A DNA stretch of 53,116 bases from IMG/VR virus record IMGVR_UViG_3300038321_000021, positions 1-53,116 of that record. One strand, written 5' to 3'. The notes below the pieces were generated by a model, which worked only from the letters and a program-made list of their open reading frames with translations, was not told where the DNA came from and searched no databases. Below, piece by piece: positions 16,778-27,085 of the stretch (its first letter is position 1; the number at the start of each line of letters is the position of its first letter). The position numbers and the translations under genes are program-made. The stretch is from a virus.

Positions 16778-17842
16778 CTAGTTATTACTGTTCCTCCTAA
16801 ACGTAGGGTATTCTTTGAGACCTGATAGATCCTGAGAATATATCATCTCTATAACACGTGTCTTAGCCTCTATGCCGTACTCATTGATAATCTGTACGAG
16901 ATCGCCGAGGAAGAAATCTTCGCCGTATTTATAAGTAGTAGCGCTATCTAACTCACCATCGAAAGATGTTGAGAAAGAGTGTTCGGACAAGACCTCAGAT
17001 CCCCTCTGCTCGAGCTGGGCGAGATATTCTTCGTCCGTTAGAGTAACACCATCAACTGTTCGATAGATACTCTTAGCGTCTGTATAGATTTCTCTCCTCG
17101 TTAAGCCCGATTCTCCACCGACCACCGTCGACTTCTCTTCACCATCTATGAGCGTTACCGTCCTCAGATTCGTTTTAGTCTCGATGTAATTACTATTCAT
17201 TAGATTTTCAAAGTTGGATGAGAACACTACGTAGGGATTATCAAATTGATCATACGATCTATCCTGACCCTTGTATAACTTGAATATGAATTTATCATCT
17301 GAGAGAGTTATCTTGAAACCGACACCTCTCTCAAAACAAAGGACAAGAACCGCTTCGTATAGATTAGTGCCGCGTTCAATTTGAGCGTCTACAGTTAAAG
17401 ATAGAATATTCGGATCGGTTGATGGTTCAAATATAAAGTTAGATATTTTACGATCTTCTATTGCTGGCGAGATAACGTTCTCATTAAGTAGGGTTTGAAT
17501 GGCGTCCTGAAAATTACCGGTTAGTATTGTTTGTTCCCAAACGATCCGTCGATCAAGAATGAATTCTAGAGATCTTCCTGTTACTATAAGATGATCGCCT
17601 TCCTCTATATCACATTCGATTTCCATACTTTCAATCATCATGAGATGTTCAGAACCTTTACGCCACAGGTAATAATCTTGTTGCAGAAATGACATCAACT
17701 CAAGATTTACGGGTGTGTAGATCTCAAAGTCACCAGCGCCATAATATCTATCAGTCCATATTAGGGATTTTAATGTATCTATGTTTTTTATAGTTTCTAA
17801 GTTGGGATTTAAAACGAGTAACTCAAAAAAGTCTCTTTCCAT
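16778..17842 (-). CDS. Tail hub / tail-associated protein (Gp37-like, recollection)
   Basis: 354 aa. Position immediately after the distal tail protein. N-terminal LVLNPNLETIKNIDTLKSLIWTDRYYGAGDFEIY pattern. Confidence 0.55.
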   Translation of the reverse strand: MERDFFELLVLNPNLETIKNIDTLKSLIWTDRYYGAGDFEIYTPVNLELMSFLQQDYYLWRKGSEHLMMIESMEIECDIEEGDHLIVTGRSLEFILDRRIVWEQTILTGNFQDAIQTLLNENVISPAIEDRKISNFIFEPSTDPNILSLTVDAQIERGTNLYEAVLVLCFERGVGFKITLSDDKFIFKLYKGQDRSYDQFDNPYVVFSSNFENLMNSNYIETKTNLRTVTLIDGEEKSTVVGGESGLTRREIYTDAKSIYRTVDGVTLTDEEYLAQLEQRGSEVLSEHSFSTSFDGELDSATTYKYGEDFFLGDLVQIINEYGIEAKTRVIEMIYSQDLSGLKEYPTFRRNSNN

Positions 17843-17854
17843 ATTTACCTCCTT

Positions 17855-18769
17855 TTAAATTCCCTGATATATTACTTGGTTTATTATTCTAAAATATAAG
17901 TTAACCCCGCCCTCTTCCGCGTCGAAGGCAAATACGTTATCTCCTTTTCGCAGGAACATCCAAGTTACATCGCGATCAAGACAGTTGATGATATTGTAGT
18001 ATACGCCTTCTCTTAGTAGTTGAATGGATTTATCACCCTTAATAGTGGATATAAATATAGAATCGCCCAATATAATAGGTTGTCCAGTTAAAGCGATTAA
18101 TTTATCTGTATCTATTTTCATATTCTCGAGGGTGTCCACGTTATAAATCCTTACATGTTCGGCAGTACCAACGGAGTGAATCTCGATATTGAAACCTATC
18201 TCCGAATCGCCATTGTAGAGTACTGTTTGAATTTGATTCTTAAGGAGGTTGCCCATTATGAGTAACTTGTCCGTTAAAGCTTCGTTCGAAAAAGGAAATG
18301 AGAAAACCTTTTCGAACCCGCTAAATACCGTTATCTGTCTACCTTTTGGTCCAGCGGAATAGAAATATGGATTCGGACACACTATTGAAATTTGTGTAGT
18401 CTCTTGCCTACTAAATATAATCGGCTCGTTCGACTCCACATATCCAAATATCTCAGCCGTACGATTGGTCGTCTCGATAAGGAGACGTATACGCTTCTTA
18501 ACGGGGAAATACTTGTAGGATTTTTGCCGTGCATCCTCTATCGTCGGGCTCTCTAAAAGAGCTAAATTGAAAACTATATTACGGGATGACAGACGAGCGG
18601 AATTATAGATTGACCCGTCAACACTAGATAACTCAGAAACATTTATATCCGCCTTGACCGGGCCCAGTCCTGATATTTCTTGAATGACGAACCCAGATTT
18701 CTCCGGGAACGCCAACTCAAGTTTTATAGATTCGTTTAGGTGGTTCGTTACGGTTATGGATTTTATCAT
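17855..18769 (-). CDS. Distal tail protein (Dit-like)
   Basis: 304 aa. Overlaps the tape-measure stop. N-terminus MIKSITVTNHLNESIKLEL...VIQEISGLGPVKADI is typical of siphovirus tail-component proteins. Confidence 0.65.
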   Translation of the reverse strand: MIKSITVTNHLNESIKLELAFPEKSGFVIQEISGLGPVKADINVSELSSVDGSIYNSARLSSRNIVFNLALLESPTIEDARQKSYKYFPVKKRIRLLIETTNRTAEIFGYVESNEPIIFSRQETTQISIVCPNPYFYSAGPKGRQITVFSGFEKVFSFPFSNEALTDKLLIMGNLLKNQIQTVLYNGDSEIGFNIEIHSVGTAEHVRIYNVDTLENMKIDTDKLIALTGQPIILGDSIFISTIKGDKSIQLLREGVYYNIINCLDRDVTWMFLRKGDNVFAFDAEEGGVNLYFRIINQVIYQGI

Positions 18770-21700
18770 GTAGTACCCACCACCCCTCTCAATGTTGATA
18801 TTTGATTCTTGGTTTGTCTGTAAATTTCAAGTCTGGATAAAGCTTTAGGCGAATAGTTATTCTGTACAAACGATACCTTTGTTTCCTGTGGAGTTTCAGA
18901 CCTGTTGACGCCGTCAGATTCACTAGATGCGGCGAACGTTGGCAGTTTCCTTATTACATCAGCTACATTTATTCCTTTATTCTTGGAGAGTAAATCGTTA
19001 ATGAGTAAACTTCCAGCCTCCACGTCACTGAGATCTAGAACGGGTCTGATGACAGGATCTAAATCCGCATTGTCGTTAATTACATCAGATATTGCCGATA
19101 TGACATTCTTCAAAGTAGATATCGTAGACATCCCCATATCGGCGGCAGATGACATACCAAGATGACTGTACTTCTTCAAACCTTCAGCAAACCCCACCAT
19201 TGACCATCTACCCAATTCGGCAAATTTCTTTGAGGGGGATGCTACTCCTATTGCGTCTCTGGCTGCTTGTAATGCGTCAGTAGCAGTTCGTGCTGCTGCC
19301 TGTGCTAGTTCGGAGGCTTTTGATAAGATGCCCCACTTCATTCCATCGACAATGTCTTGACCGAGTCCCATCCAGTCGGGAGTTCTCATAATGGATACAA
19401 TGTTGTCCGCAAACGTTCTGAAGTCTTTCTCACCTTTCGTCCGCAACTCGCCAATCTTCTTGAGCCAGTCGTTCTTCATATTCTCGATTGTCTTAGCGGT
19501 TTCTTCGGCTAATTGTTTTGTCTTCTCTTCAAATATGAATCTTTGCTCCTCGAGATCTATCCTGGCCTGCGCATTCGCCATTCTTATTTGGTTTGACGTC
19601 TCAATGCGCAAACCCTCAAGCTCTTTAGTAGCAACGGTCCTGGCCTGACTTGATTTTTCTTGCCATAGAGATACATACTCGATCAACTCCGGTTCGGACA
19701 ACTTATTCAAAGCTTTGATTTCAGATAAAGACCTAGGTCCCATCTTTTGTAGTTCGTCTATTAGTGCGGAGTCGACTCCTCTACCGGACAGATTACTCAT
19801 TTGTCTTGTCCAATCGTCGAACTCGTTAACCTGATCTTTTAAGTTCTTAATTAGATCGCTACCAAGCACCTCATCCTTAGGTTCAATCTTGTCAAATAAA
19901 CCGTACGTATCATATAGAGATTTTGTCCGCGATTTGAGGGCCTGATCATATTGAGCGTTAAGATCTCTAATATCTCTCTCAAGTTGATCGTTAATCTGTC
20001 TGCACGCTTCATAGTATTCTTGTTCGTATTGGATTCGTTTATCCATAGCGTCACGACTTACGTCTATAACCCCTTGTGCGAAGTCTGCATCGGCCTGGGC
20101 TATTTCTTTCTTTACGCGATAAACTTCTCGATCCGCTTTCTTACGTTCCTCAGTACCTTCTAAATATCTGGACTGAACGCGCTCCCAAGCATCAAGTTCT
20201 TCATATAAACTTAATTCGCTATAATACTTACGCTCGTCGATCCAGTCCGCAGAAGCGTTAAAGGCGTCCTCAGCAGCTTTCTCGGCTTCTTTTGCGGTTT
20301 TAGCCGCAGCTTTCTCAGCGGCAGTAACAGCCTTCTTAGTCATTTTCTCGGATGACGCTTCAACCTTAGGAGTACCTTTGTCTATACCAATAGCTAAACC
20401 GGCGGCGACGTTATCGCCTATTTCTTTAAATACTTCGGAAGGTGAACGAGTATCTAGTACGCGTTTGGCTGCATCAATAGCAGATGTCGCTAGATCTGTG
20501 ACACCCTCAACCACAGAGGATATCTTCTCTTTTATTCCATTTACGAGGCCCATCACTATCTGTCCACCAATCTCGATGAACTTATCAACAGCCTTTAGTA
20601 ACGTTTTAGCCATGAGAAGAACAATTTTACCTATTAGATTTAGGATCGCATCAACAACCATTTCTCCGTTTCGTTCGACGGCATCAGCGAGACCATAAAG
20701 GAAAGAGATCATCAATTCAAATCCAGCTTGTATGATGGCTCCTAATTTCTTTGTTACGCCGGAGATAAAATCAATAACTATGTCAATACCGGACTGAACG
20801 ACCTCTTTAATATTTGATTTGACGCCCTTAAGGAGGATAAGTACTAGTTCCCCACCGAGCTTCATTATCTTAGGTAGATAGGCCACGAACGATTCAAGGA
20901 GTTTTGTCAATAACGTTAGGGCCCCATCAACGACGACCGGTGTTAATGTGACCATTACATCCATAACGGCTAAGACAACATCCTTAACAGCTTGCGCGAC
21001 CACGGCAGCGCCCGATCCTATTACTCGTGCGAATTCGATAACTCCTTCGGCTAATGTTTTGGCAGCATATGGTATCAACCCTATGAGACTCGTCACGAGC
21101 GCTACTAATGCCACCGTGCCAGCTGTGCCAGCTACAGCTAATGCTGCTAGACCCGTCGATAGTGCTAAAATGCCAGCGCCAATGGCGACGATACCTATTC
21201 CTAATAGTGCGATCGCGGCTGAAAAGCCTAATATTGCGGGAATCGCTGGGGTTAACAAAGTCGTAGCTACGCCTAAAATAGCGAACGTGCCAGCTAAACC
21301 AAGTAGGGCTGCCCCTATCTGGACTAGTGACATGGAACCGATAGTTTTTAATGCGGTGGCCAATAAAGTAATACCCAAAGCGAGAATGACGAAGGACGAT
21401 GAGTCCACAATCGAGCCGGTCTTTGCTAGGGCGACGAAAGCAGCGACGACAAGAACTAGGGAAGCGGCTAACCCTAACAGGCCCCTGCCTAATTCTTCCC
21501 AAGACATGCTAGCGAACGCATCCAAGACAACGGTTAACATCATCATAGCACCAGCAATGTCAAGAAGCGCGAGGGACATAACAAATATGTTTTTAGGCAT
21601 GGCTATAAGGGCAACTGTTATGATAGCAAGAGCGCCACCTAAAGCTATGAGTCCTCTGGCCATCTGTTCCCAAGACATTGCTCCCATTTTGATGATAGCG

Positions 21701-24420
21701 GCAGCGAATATATTCATAGCCGCACCTAGGATTGTTAAACTGACCGCAGTGGCAATTACGTGTTTAGCGTTCCCGGAAAGTTTTAGAAATACTAAAATGG
21801 TTGTTAACATAACCGCAAGTCCTGAAAGCCCTTTAACCAAATCCCCAAGATTAATACTGCTTAATTTCTTTACTGCACCGGCTAAGACAGTTATGGCAGC
21901 TGCTAAAAGTAAAATTCCAACACTTTTTATTGCTCCCATTCCACTCAGATCAGCAACCTTCATAAATAACACTAACTCAGCCATTAAGACACCGACTCCA
22001 ACTAATCCTTTAGCCAAGTCGGCAAGGTCTAGACCCCCTAACTGTTTTACAGCTTGGGTAAGAATTAATATTGCAGTCCCAAATATAACAAAACCAACTG
22101 ACACTGCTATTAAGCTTTTAGAACTGGTTTCTAGTAATTTTGTTGCTCCTACTAATATGCCAGTCAAACCAGCTATAGCAGCAAGACCTTTTGCTACTCC
22201 ATTCCAATCAAGACTAGATAATTTCTTCATTGCCGATGCAAGTATAAGAATTGCAATTGATAAACCTATCATTCCAGTTGTGAGTGCACTAATTGCAAAG
22301 AAACCTTTAACCCCCGCAATAGCGTTAAATACGGCCATAGCACCAAAGAGTTCAACAAACATTGCTGTCATAGCAGCTAAGGAAGTAGTAAGTTTTTCTG
22401 AATCAATCATCGATATAGTCAGAAGAGCAGCAGCTAATATACCTATAGATATAGCAATTTTTAATAATACACCTGCTTTTAATTGTGATTGATAAGCCGC
22501 TAAACATCCTCTAACCCCATCGAAGATGCCAGTAATGCCGGATAAAAATCCTCCAGCACTATCAGTTATCTTAGTTAGTGAATCTATAAACTTTTTAATC
22601 CCATATAATATTGCAGCGAATAAACCATTGTTTATGAAATCAAATATGGAATTGAAATCGGCATCGTTTAGCGATTTAAATATACTATCGCTCAATCCAC
22701 TCAATATCTTACCGATTGTAGATGCTAGATTGTAGAAGAAAGAAATGAATTTTTCAAAAGCTTCACCAATCTTAATTAAAGGTTGAAATCTTTTTTCTAT
22801 TTGTCCAGTAAACTCGTCAATGCCAGTCATGTCTGGTGCTCTGACGGCTTTAAAAGCATTTGCTATAAGATCAGTAAACATTACAATTCCTTCTGCAACT
22901 GGTTTTAAGACTTTACCGATGTTTTGGATTACAACATTGAATGTATCCGAAGACTTTAATGCATCACGAATAGCAACTATAAAATCTCCAACACCACCGG
23001 TTACTGAAAGAAAACTACCAGCAACTGGAAATAATGCTTTAACAAGAGAAATAAGACCTCCAGCGATCGCTGTTAAAGCCATCTTACCAATATCAAGAAG
23101 AGCGAAAAAACCTTTGAATGTGTCTTTAATATTTTTAGCAGTTTCGTCTCCTATTTTGAGGTTTTCTGTGAAATTCTTAAGTCCTTCTGTTATAGAGACT
23201 AATTGTGCGCCCGTTATTGAAGGAAAGATTTCTCTAAAAGCTTCTCCTATAGGTTTTAAAATTTGTCCTAATGCTTCAAACGAGTTTCTAAACGAATCAA
23301 TAAGTGCTGCACGACCACCATTGTCTTTCCAGAACTGCAACATCTCGTTACGAGCATCAGACGTTTTATTAATAAATCCACCAATAGCTTCACTAACTTC
23401 TGTGAGTAGAGTCTTAGCTTCCTCGAAGTCACCAATAATGATTTCCCAACTCTTAGCCCAGCCAGAGCCAGCAGCTTCCTTCAAAGTGTCCCATAACTGA
23501 GTAAAAGTCTTGACTTTAGTGGCGGCATCTTCCATGGCTTGAGCTTCAGTAATAAGAGCATCAGCCTGCTCCTGAGTCCATTTACCAGACTCCATCATAC
23601 TCTTGGCGTAGTTAGTCGCACCATCAACGGTGAATTTATTCAAAGTCTGATTCAAAATATCAGCGGAAAGCCATCCTTCTTGCAACGAGTCTCTAAACGA
23701 ACCATTTGCTTTTATAATTTGGTCTACAGCAATTCCATGTTCTCTAGCTGTCTGCTTAAGAGCTTCCTGAAACTTCTCGCCACCCATACCAGCATTGACG
23801 ACTGAGTTCCAGTCCATAAGTTTTACCGTACCAGTTGCTAATGCCTGAGAAAGCTGGTACATTGCCGTCGATGCCTGCTGCGAAGACGAACCGGATGCTG
23901 CCGCTAAGTTAGCAATACCTTGAATGGCTTTTGCTGATTCTTCCAAACCAACTCCAGCAGCCGTGAAGGTACCGATATTGCGGGTCATCTCAGCGAAGTT
24001 GTAAATCGTCTTATCAGCATATGTATTTAACTCGTCGATGACTCGCGTAACATCCTTCATGGTCGTACCCTTACTCGCAGTATTGGATATGATCGTCTGG
24101 ATAGCGTTGATCTTAGTTTCATACTCTGAGAAACCAGCCTTTATCGGATCAATAGTTAGAGCTGAAACGATCCTCTTTCCGGCATTAATCGCAGAATTGG
24201 TGATATTTGCGAGGGCTGTTACTGCCATGACCTCAAGAGCCGAAAACTTCATACGAACTGATTCTACAGCTCTGCTAAGTCCCGACATGTCGGAGGCTCC
24301 GGTCAAATTCAAACTTTGTTTAAGTTTATCAAGAGTTGACATTGTAGTTTTGACATTTGACTCAAACTGTTTATTGTCAAACTGCATCTCAACAACTCTT
24401 GAATCGATTGTCCTGCTCAT
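18766..24420 (-). CDS. Tail tape measure protein (1884 aa)
   Basis: TP901-type core (NAIQTIISNTASKGTTMKDV...ASTAMYQLSQALATGTVKLMDWNSV). Long Ala/Gly/Leu-rich hydrophobic centre and coiled-coil C-terminal third. Canonical position. Confidence 0.9.
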   Translation of the reverse strand: MSRTIDSRVVEMQFDNKQFESNVKTTMSTLDKLKQSLNLTGASDMSGLSRAVESVRMKFSALEVMAVTALANITNSAINAGKRIVSALTIDPIKAGFSEYETKINAIQTIISNTASKGTTMKDVTRVIDELNTYADKTIYNFAEMTRNIGTFTAAGVGLEESAKAIQGIANLAAASGSSSQQASTAMYQLSQALATGTVKLMDWNSVVNAGMGGEKFQEALKQTAREHGIAVDQIIKANGSFRDSLQEGWLSADILNQTLNKFTVDGATNYAKSMMESGKWTQEQADALITEAQAMEDAATKVKTFTQLWDTLKEAAGSGWAKSWEIIIGDFEEAKTLLTEVSEAIGGFINKTSDARNEMLQFWKDNGGRAALIDSFRNSFEALGQILKPIGEAFREIFPSITGAQLVSITEGLKNFTENLKIGDETAKNIKDTFKGFFALLDIGKMALTAIAGGLISLVKALFPVAGSFLSVTGGVGDFIVAIRDALKSSDTFNVVIQNIGKVLKPVAEGIVMFTDLIANAFKAVRAPDMTGIDEFTGQIEKRFQPLIKIGEAFEKFISFFYNLASTIGKILSGLSDSIFKSLNDADFNSIFDFINNGLFAAILYGIKKFIDSLTKITDSAGGFLSGITGIFDGVRGCLAAYQSQLKAGVLLKIAISIGILAAALLTISMIDSEKLTTSLAAMTAMFVELFGAMAVFNAIAGVKGFFAISALTTGMIGLSIAILILASAMKKLSSLDWNGVAKGLAAIAGLTGILVGATKLLETSSKSLIAVSVGFVIFGTAILILTQAVKQLGGLDLADLAKGLVGVGVLMAELVLFMKVADLSGMGAIKSVGILLLAAAITVLAGAVKKLSSINLGDLVKGLSGLAVMLTTILVFLKLSGNAKHVIATAVSLTILGAAMNIFAAAIIKMGAMSWEQMARGLIALGGALAIITVALIAMPKNIFVMSLALLDIAGAMMMLTVVLDAFASMSWEELGRGLLGLAASLVLVVAAFVALAKTGSIVDSSSFVILALGITLLATALKTIGSMSLVQIGAALLGLAGTFAILGVATTLLTPAIPAILGFSAAIALLGIGIVAIGAGILALSTGLAALAVAGTAGTVALVALVTSLIGLIPYAAKTLAEGVIEFARVIGSGAAVVAQAVKDVVLAVMDVMVTLTPVVVDGALTLLTKLLESFVAYLPKIMKLGGELVLILLKGVKSNIKEVVQSGIDIVIDFISGVTKKLGAIIQAGFELMISFLYGLADAVERNGEMVVDAILNLIGKIVLLMAKTLLKAVDKFIEIGGQIVMGLVNGIKEKISSVVEGVTDLATSAIDAAKRVLDTRSPSEVFKEIGDNVAAGLAIGIDKGTPKVEASSEKMTKKAVTAAEKAAAKTAKEAEKAAEDAFNASADWIDERKYYSELSLYEELDAWERVQSRYLEGTEERKKADREVYRVKKEIAQADADFAQGVIDVSRDAMDKRIQYEQEYYEACRQINDQLERDIRDLNAQYDQALKSRTKSLYDTYGLFDKIEPKDEVLGSDLIKNLKDQVNEFDDWTRQMSNLSGRGVDSALIDELQKMGPRSLSEIKALNKLSEPELIEYVSLWQEKSSQARTVATKELEGLRIETSNQIRMANAQARIDLEEQRFIFEEKTKQLAEETAKTIENMKNDWLKKIGELRTKGEKDFRTFADNIVSIMRTPDWMGLGQDIVDGMKWGILSKASELAQAAARTATDALQAARDAIGVASPSKKFAELGRWSMVGFAEGLKKYSHLGMSSAADMGMSTISTLKNVISAISDVINDNADLDPVIRPVLDLSDVEAGSLLINDLLSKNKGINVADVIRKLPTFAASSESDGVNRSETPQETKVSFVQNNYSPKALSRLEIYRQTKNQISTLRGVVGTT

Positions 24421-24794
24421 AGCTTAGTAACCTCCCTCCATGCTTCATTTACGATTTTGTCAAAAATAGGCTGGATAGCAGGATTGATATAATCTCGCCC
24501 CTGTACCCAGCCGCCATTACGAGTTCCATGTCCATACTGCAGAATGATGGCTATTGGAACTCCATTTTGAATGTTTGAGTTATAAAAAGTAATCTTTGCT
24601 GAACCGTGTTTATTGGTTATCTCATAACGCCACGAACTCGCTGTAAGTCCGGAGTCTACGGGTGTTGCAGACGCAAGAGCGGCTACTCCCTCCCGACCGT
24701 ACTTGTCGAACTCTCCGAGACGAACGGTTTCTTTGGCTTTCTCCAGGAAACGTGTCAATTTAGAGAAGTCACCCTTTTGTCTGAACCTTATCAT
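24417..24794 (-). CDS. HK97 gp10-like head-tail / tail-completion protein
   Basis: Start set to MIRFRQKGDF behind SD AAAAGGAGAA. ATPVDSGLTASSW and ILQYGHGTRNGGWVQGRDYINPA patterns. Confidence 0.5.
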   Translation of the reverse strand: MIRFRQKGDFSKLTRFLEKAKETVRLGEFDKYGREGVAALASATPVDSGLTASSWRYEITNKHGSAKITFYNSNIQNGVPIAIILQYGHGTRNGGWVQGRDYINPAIQPIFDKIVNEAWREVTKL

Positions 24795-24819
24795 GTGGAA
24801 TTCTCCTTTTAGAAAAGCA

Positions 24820-25146
24820 TTAATTAGAAAGCAACGCTGGATTCTTATCCCAGAGAATCTTCGCTTCTTCGAGAGCTTTTTCAATTAACTTTTCAAGAGT
24901 TGCAGTAGAAATGAATAATCGAATAATGGCTGGAATATTAGGATAAACTTTTTCAATGACAGCGGCCAGTTTGAGGTTTCCGGTCCCTCCGCCATATTCT
25001 CTTTCCGCCCAAGTTACTAGAGCGAACAATATTTGATCTAGCACTGTCCACTGTTTTTTAACAATGAGTAAAATGATAAAAGCGATTGCTACAACGACAA
25101 CCGCCACACTATCCCAATTGACTGCTAAGAACTCTAATATTTTCAT
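24820..25146 (-). CDS. Holin-like protein (LL-H-type architecture)
   Basis: N-terminal TM VAVVVVAIAFIILLIV followed by WAEREYGGGTGNLKLAAV. Confidence 0.55.
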   Translation of the reverse strand: MKILEFLAVNWDSVAVVVVAIAFIILLIVKKQWTVLDQILFALVTWAEREYGGGTGNLKLAAVIEKVYPNIPAIIRLFISTATLEKLIEKALEEAKILWDKNPALLSN

Positions 25147-25189
25147 TCTCTCTCCCCTTTATCTGCTTGGAGGCGTTACTGCCCCCTTT

Positions 25190-25501
25190 CTAAATTGCAG
25201 GACTATTATCATTACCCCCGCGATCATCATGATGTTGAAAATTTTTAGCCTTCGCTGATTCAAAGGTTATTCCGCCTTCCTTGTGATCAGACTTCACAAG
25301 GTTAAGATATCCAGTAAGACCGGCGCCAATGATTATCTCGGCTAGACCGACAGCTGCAGTAAGCCATGCTGCCGTAGAAGTGTAATCGTTTTTAATACAG
25401 TAATACATCAGGACGAGAGTCTCCTGTGCGATGACAAAACCAGCAAGCACGACAAGAAGCGTCATTAACTTGCTCCATTCGAACTTTTTTTTGATCTTCA
25501 T
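25190..25501 (-). CDS. Holin-like membrane protein (2-3 TM segments)
   Basis: LMTLLVVLAGFVIAQETLVLMYY, AAWLTAAVGLAEIIIGAGLTGYL, charged C-terminus. Adjacent to the amidase. Confidence 0.6.
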   Translation of the reverse strand: MKIKKKFEWSKLMTLLVVLAGFVIAQETLVLMYYCIKNDYTSTAAWLTAAVGLAEIIIGAGLTGYLNLVKSDHKEGGITFESAKAKNFQHHDDRGGNDNSPAI

Positions 25502-25514
25502 AAGAACAATAACT

Positions 25515-26300
25515 TCATACTTTACCTATGAAATGGGCGAAGCGATGAAGTATAGTTACAAACTGCTCGCGAGTCAGAAGATCCTCCCACATATAATTCG
25601 GATTTCCATCCTCTGCCGTTCCGCCTCCAGCTATCAAACCATTGGTAATGGCCCAAGTTCTAGCGTCGTTACTATATGCATTACTGTCATTGTCTTTCAG
25701 TCTTTTCCGCATTTCCAACCAAAGCTCTTCAAACCTATCAATATTCATATCATTATCCTCCGTATTAATTTTGATATTAAGCCGCTTGTTGACTTCGTCG
25801 CATAGTTGCTGACGTCTATTCCAAATGTACGGCTGGGCACACCCAGTAGCTGAAAAATATCTATGAAAGGTGAGTGAAGCGTTTGGTGTATCGTCGCAAT
25901 AAATACCAGGGCGACCGTTTTTTTGTTTTATTCCGTGATTTCTTCGACACATATCAACACATAATCTCACAAGAACTTCCCAAGCAGCGGACGATACAGT
26001 CCAGTTAGGGCTTCCGCTGTCATTAGCCACTTCGATCGTTAAAGCGGCATTATCGTTTGCCAAGCTGCTACTACACCATGATCGATCTTTTTCCTCCACA
26101 TACATTCCAATTCGTCCATCGGAACCGATGCCATAATTAGATGAGGCGTTTCGCTTTGGTGTTTGAAATACCTGTCCTATAGACTCGACGGTGAGATTAC
26201 CCCCCACATGGTGCGGAGTGATTTTTGTTATTGTCTTATTTCGCGGCGCACTTTTGAACGGAGATATTTTTGTATATACGACCAAAGGGCTATTGCTCAT
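25515..26300 (-). CDS. Endolysin: N-acetylmuramoyl-L-alanine amidase (Amidase_2/PGRP type) with SLH-like C-terminal wall-binding repeat
   Basis: ITPHHVGGN...NASSNYGIGSDGRIGMYVEE...ANDNAALTIEVAN. C-terminal ARTWAITNGLIAGGGT...LLTREQFVTILHRF. Confidence 0.8.
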   Translation of the reverse strand: MSNSPLVVYTKISPFKSAPRNKTITKITPHHVGGNLTVESIGQVFQTPKRNASSNYGIGSDGRIGMYVEEKDRSWCSSSLANDNAALTIEVANDSGSPNWTVSSAAWEVLVRLCVDMCRRNHGIKQKNGRPGIYCDDTPNASLTFHRYFSATGCAQPYIWNRRQQLCDEVNKRLNIKINTEDNDMNIDRFEELWLEMRKRLKDNDSNAYSNDARTWAITNGLIAGGGTAEDGNPNYMWEDLLTREQFVTILHRFAHFIGKV

Positions 26301-26469
26301 CTTTATCTCTCCCATCTCCTCCGGCGCAGAAACTTAGAAAAGTCTCGGCATCCAGTACGTCACCCTCTTCGTCGTAAACTTTTCCGCTTACGGTGTCTAG
26401 TTTTAGTTCGCCCACATAGGGTAAATCGTCGTCGATTTCTCCATTATGGTAACGATAATTAAGGTTCAT
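26290..26469 (-). CDS. Small hypothetical protein (59 aa)
   Basis: Start set to MNLNYRYHNGE behind SD GGAAGGAGAGG. Overlaps the amidase start by 11 nt. Confidence 0.5.
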   Translation of the reverse strand: MNLNYRYHNGEIDDDLPYVGELKLDTVSGKVYDEEGDVLDAETFLSFCAGGDGRDKDEQ

Positions 26470-26521
26470 GATGTTTCCTCTCCTTCCGGTCGGACATCGT
26501 TGTTGTTTTTTTTTCATCACG

Positions 26522-27064
26522 TCACCCTCTCGTGTTCAATTGTTTTCTACGAGCCGCATTCAGGGCATTGTTGCGACTCATTATGTCTTTCTTACTTCTC
26601 TTCTTAGGTGGTTGATTCTTAATATTGCAAACTTTAATTAAAGTAAGAAGACGATTAAGATGCCACTTCTGACACTCAAATGGAATATTCAACGCAATCA
26701 TCCAATAATAAATAATTTCCGCCGTAATTAATTCTCTGTTTGTTTTACTGATTTTTTCATCCGAAAAATAAGTAGCTGTCATCGGAGCTTCTATATATTC
26801 GTTAATCTCAATAATGTTTCTATTAGTCAGATAGTTATATACTTCGGGATCTATGTTTTTCGTAATAGTCATAAATTTTATATAGTCCAAAGTTTCTTCG
26901 AGTGTTTTTTCCTGCTTTGTAAGAAATGCTTTGCACCATTTGGATTCCCATTTTGAAAGAGAGACGAGAGAATGCTCCAGTGACAACGTCTGCTCTTTTG
27001 TGAAGACGAATTCTTGTTTAATTTCATCCCATTGCTCAACAGCCGGTATTGTAATTCGAAGCAT
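26522..27064 (-). CDS. Tail assembly protein (gpT-like position) with its own start
   Basis: 180 aa with SD GGGAGGG. LEHSLVSLSKWESKW...WHLNRLLTLIKV pattern common downstream of siphophage tail chaperones (recollection). Confidence 0.5.
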   Translation of the reverse strand: MLRITIPAVEQWDEIKQEFVFTKEQTLSLEHSLVSLSKWESKWCKAFLTKQEKTLEETLDYIKFMTITKNIDPEVYNYLTNRNIIEINEYIEAPMTATYFSDEKISKTNRELITAEIIYYWMIALNIPFECQKWHLNRLLTLIKVCNIKNQPPKKRSKKDIMSRNNALNAARRKQLNTRG

Positions 27065-27085
27065 TCCTCAACCCTCCCAACATTT

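Noticed and set aside
20948-22492. 514-aa plus-strand ORF (plus 22820..23500 and other plus-strand ORFs) antisense to the tape measure gene
   Set aside because: Its composition is extreme (Ala/Thr/Pro/Ile-rich), mirroring the Ala/Gly/Leu-rich codons of the tape measure. It has no SD and the minus-strand gene is unambiguous. It is a shadow ORF.
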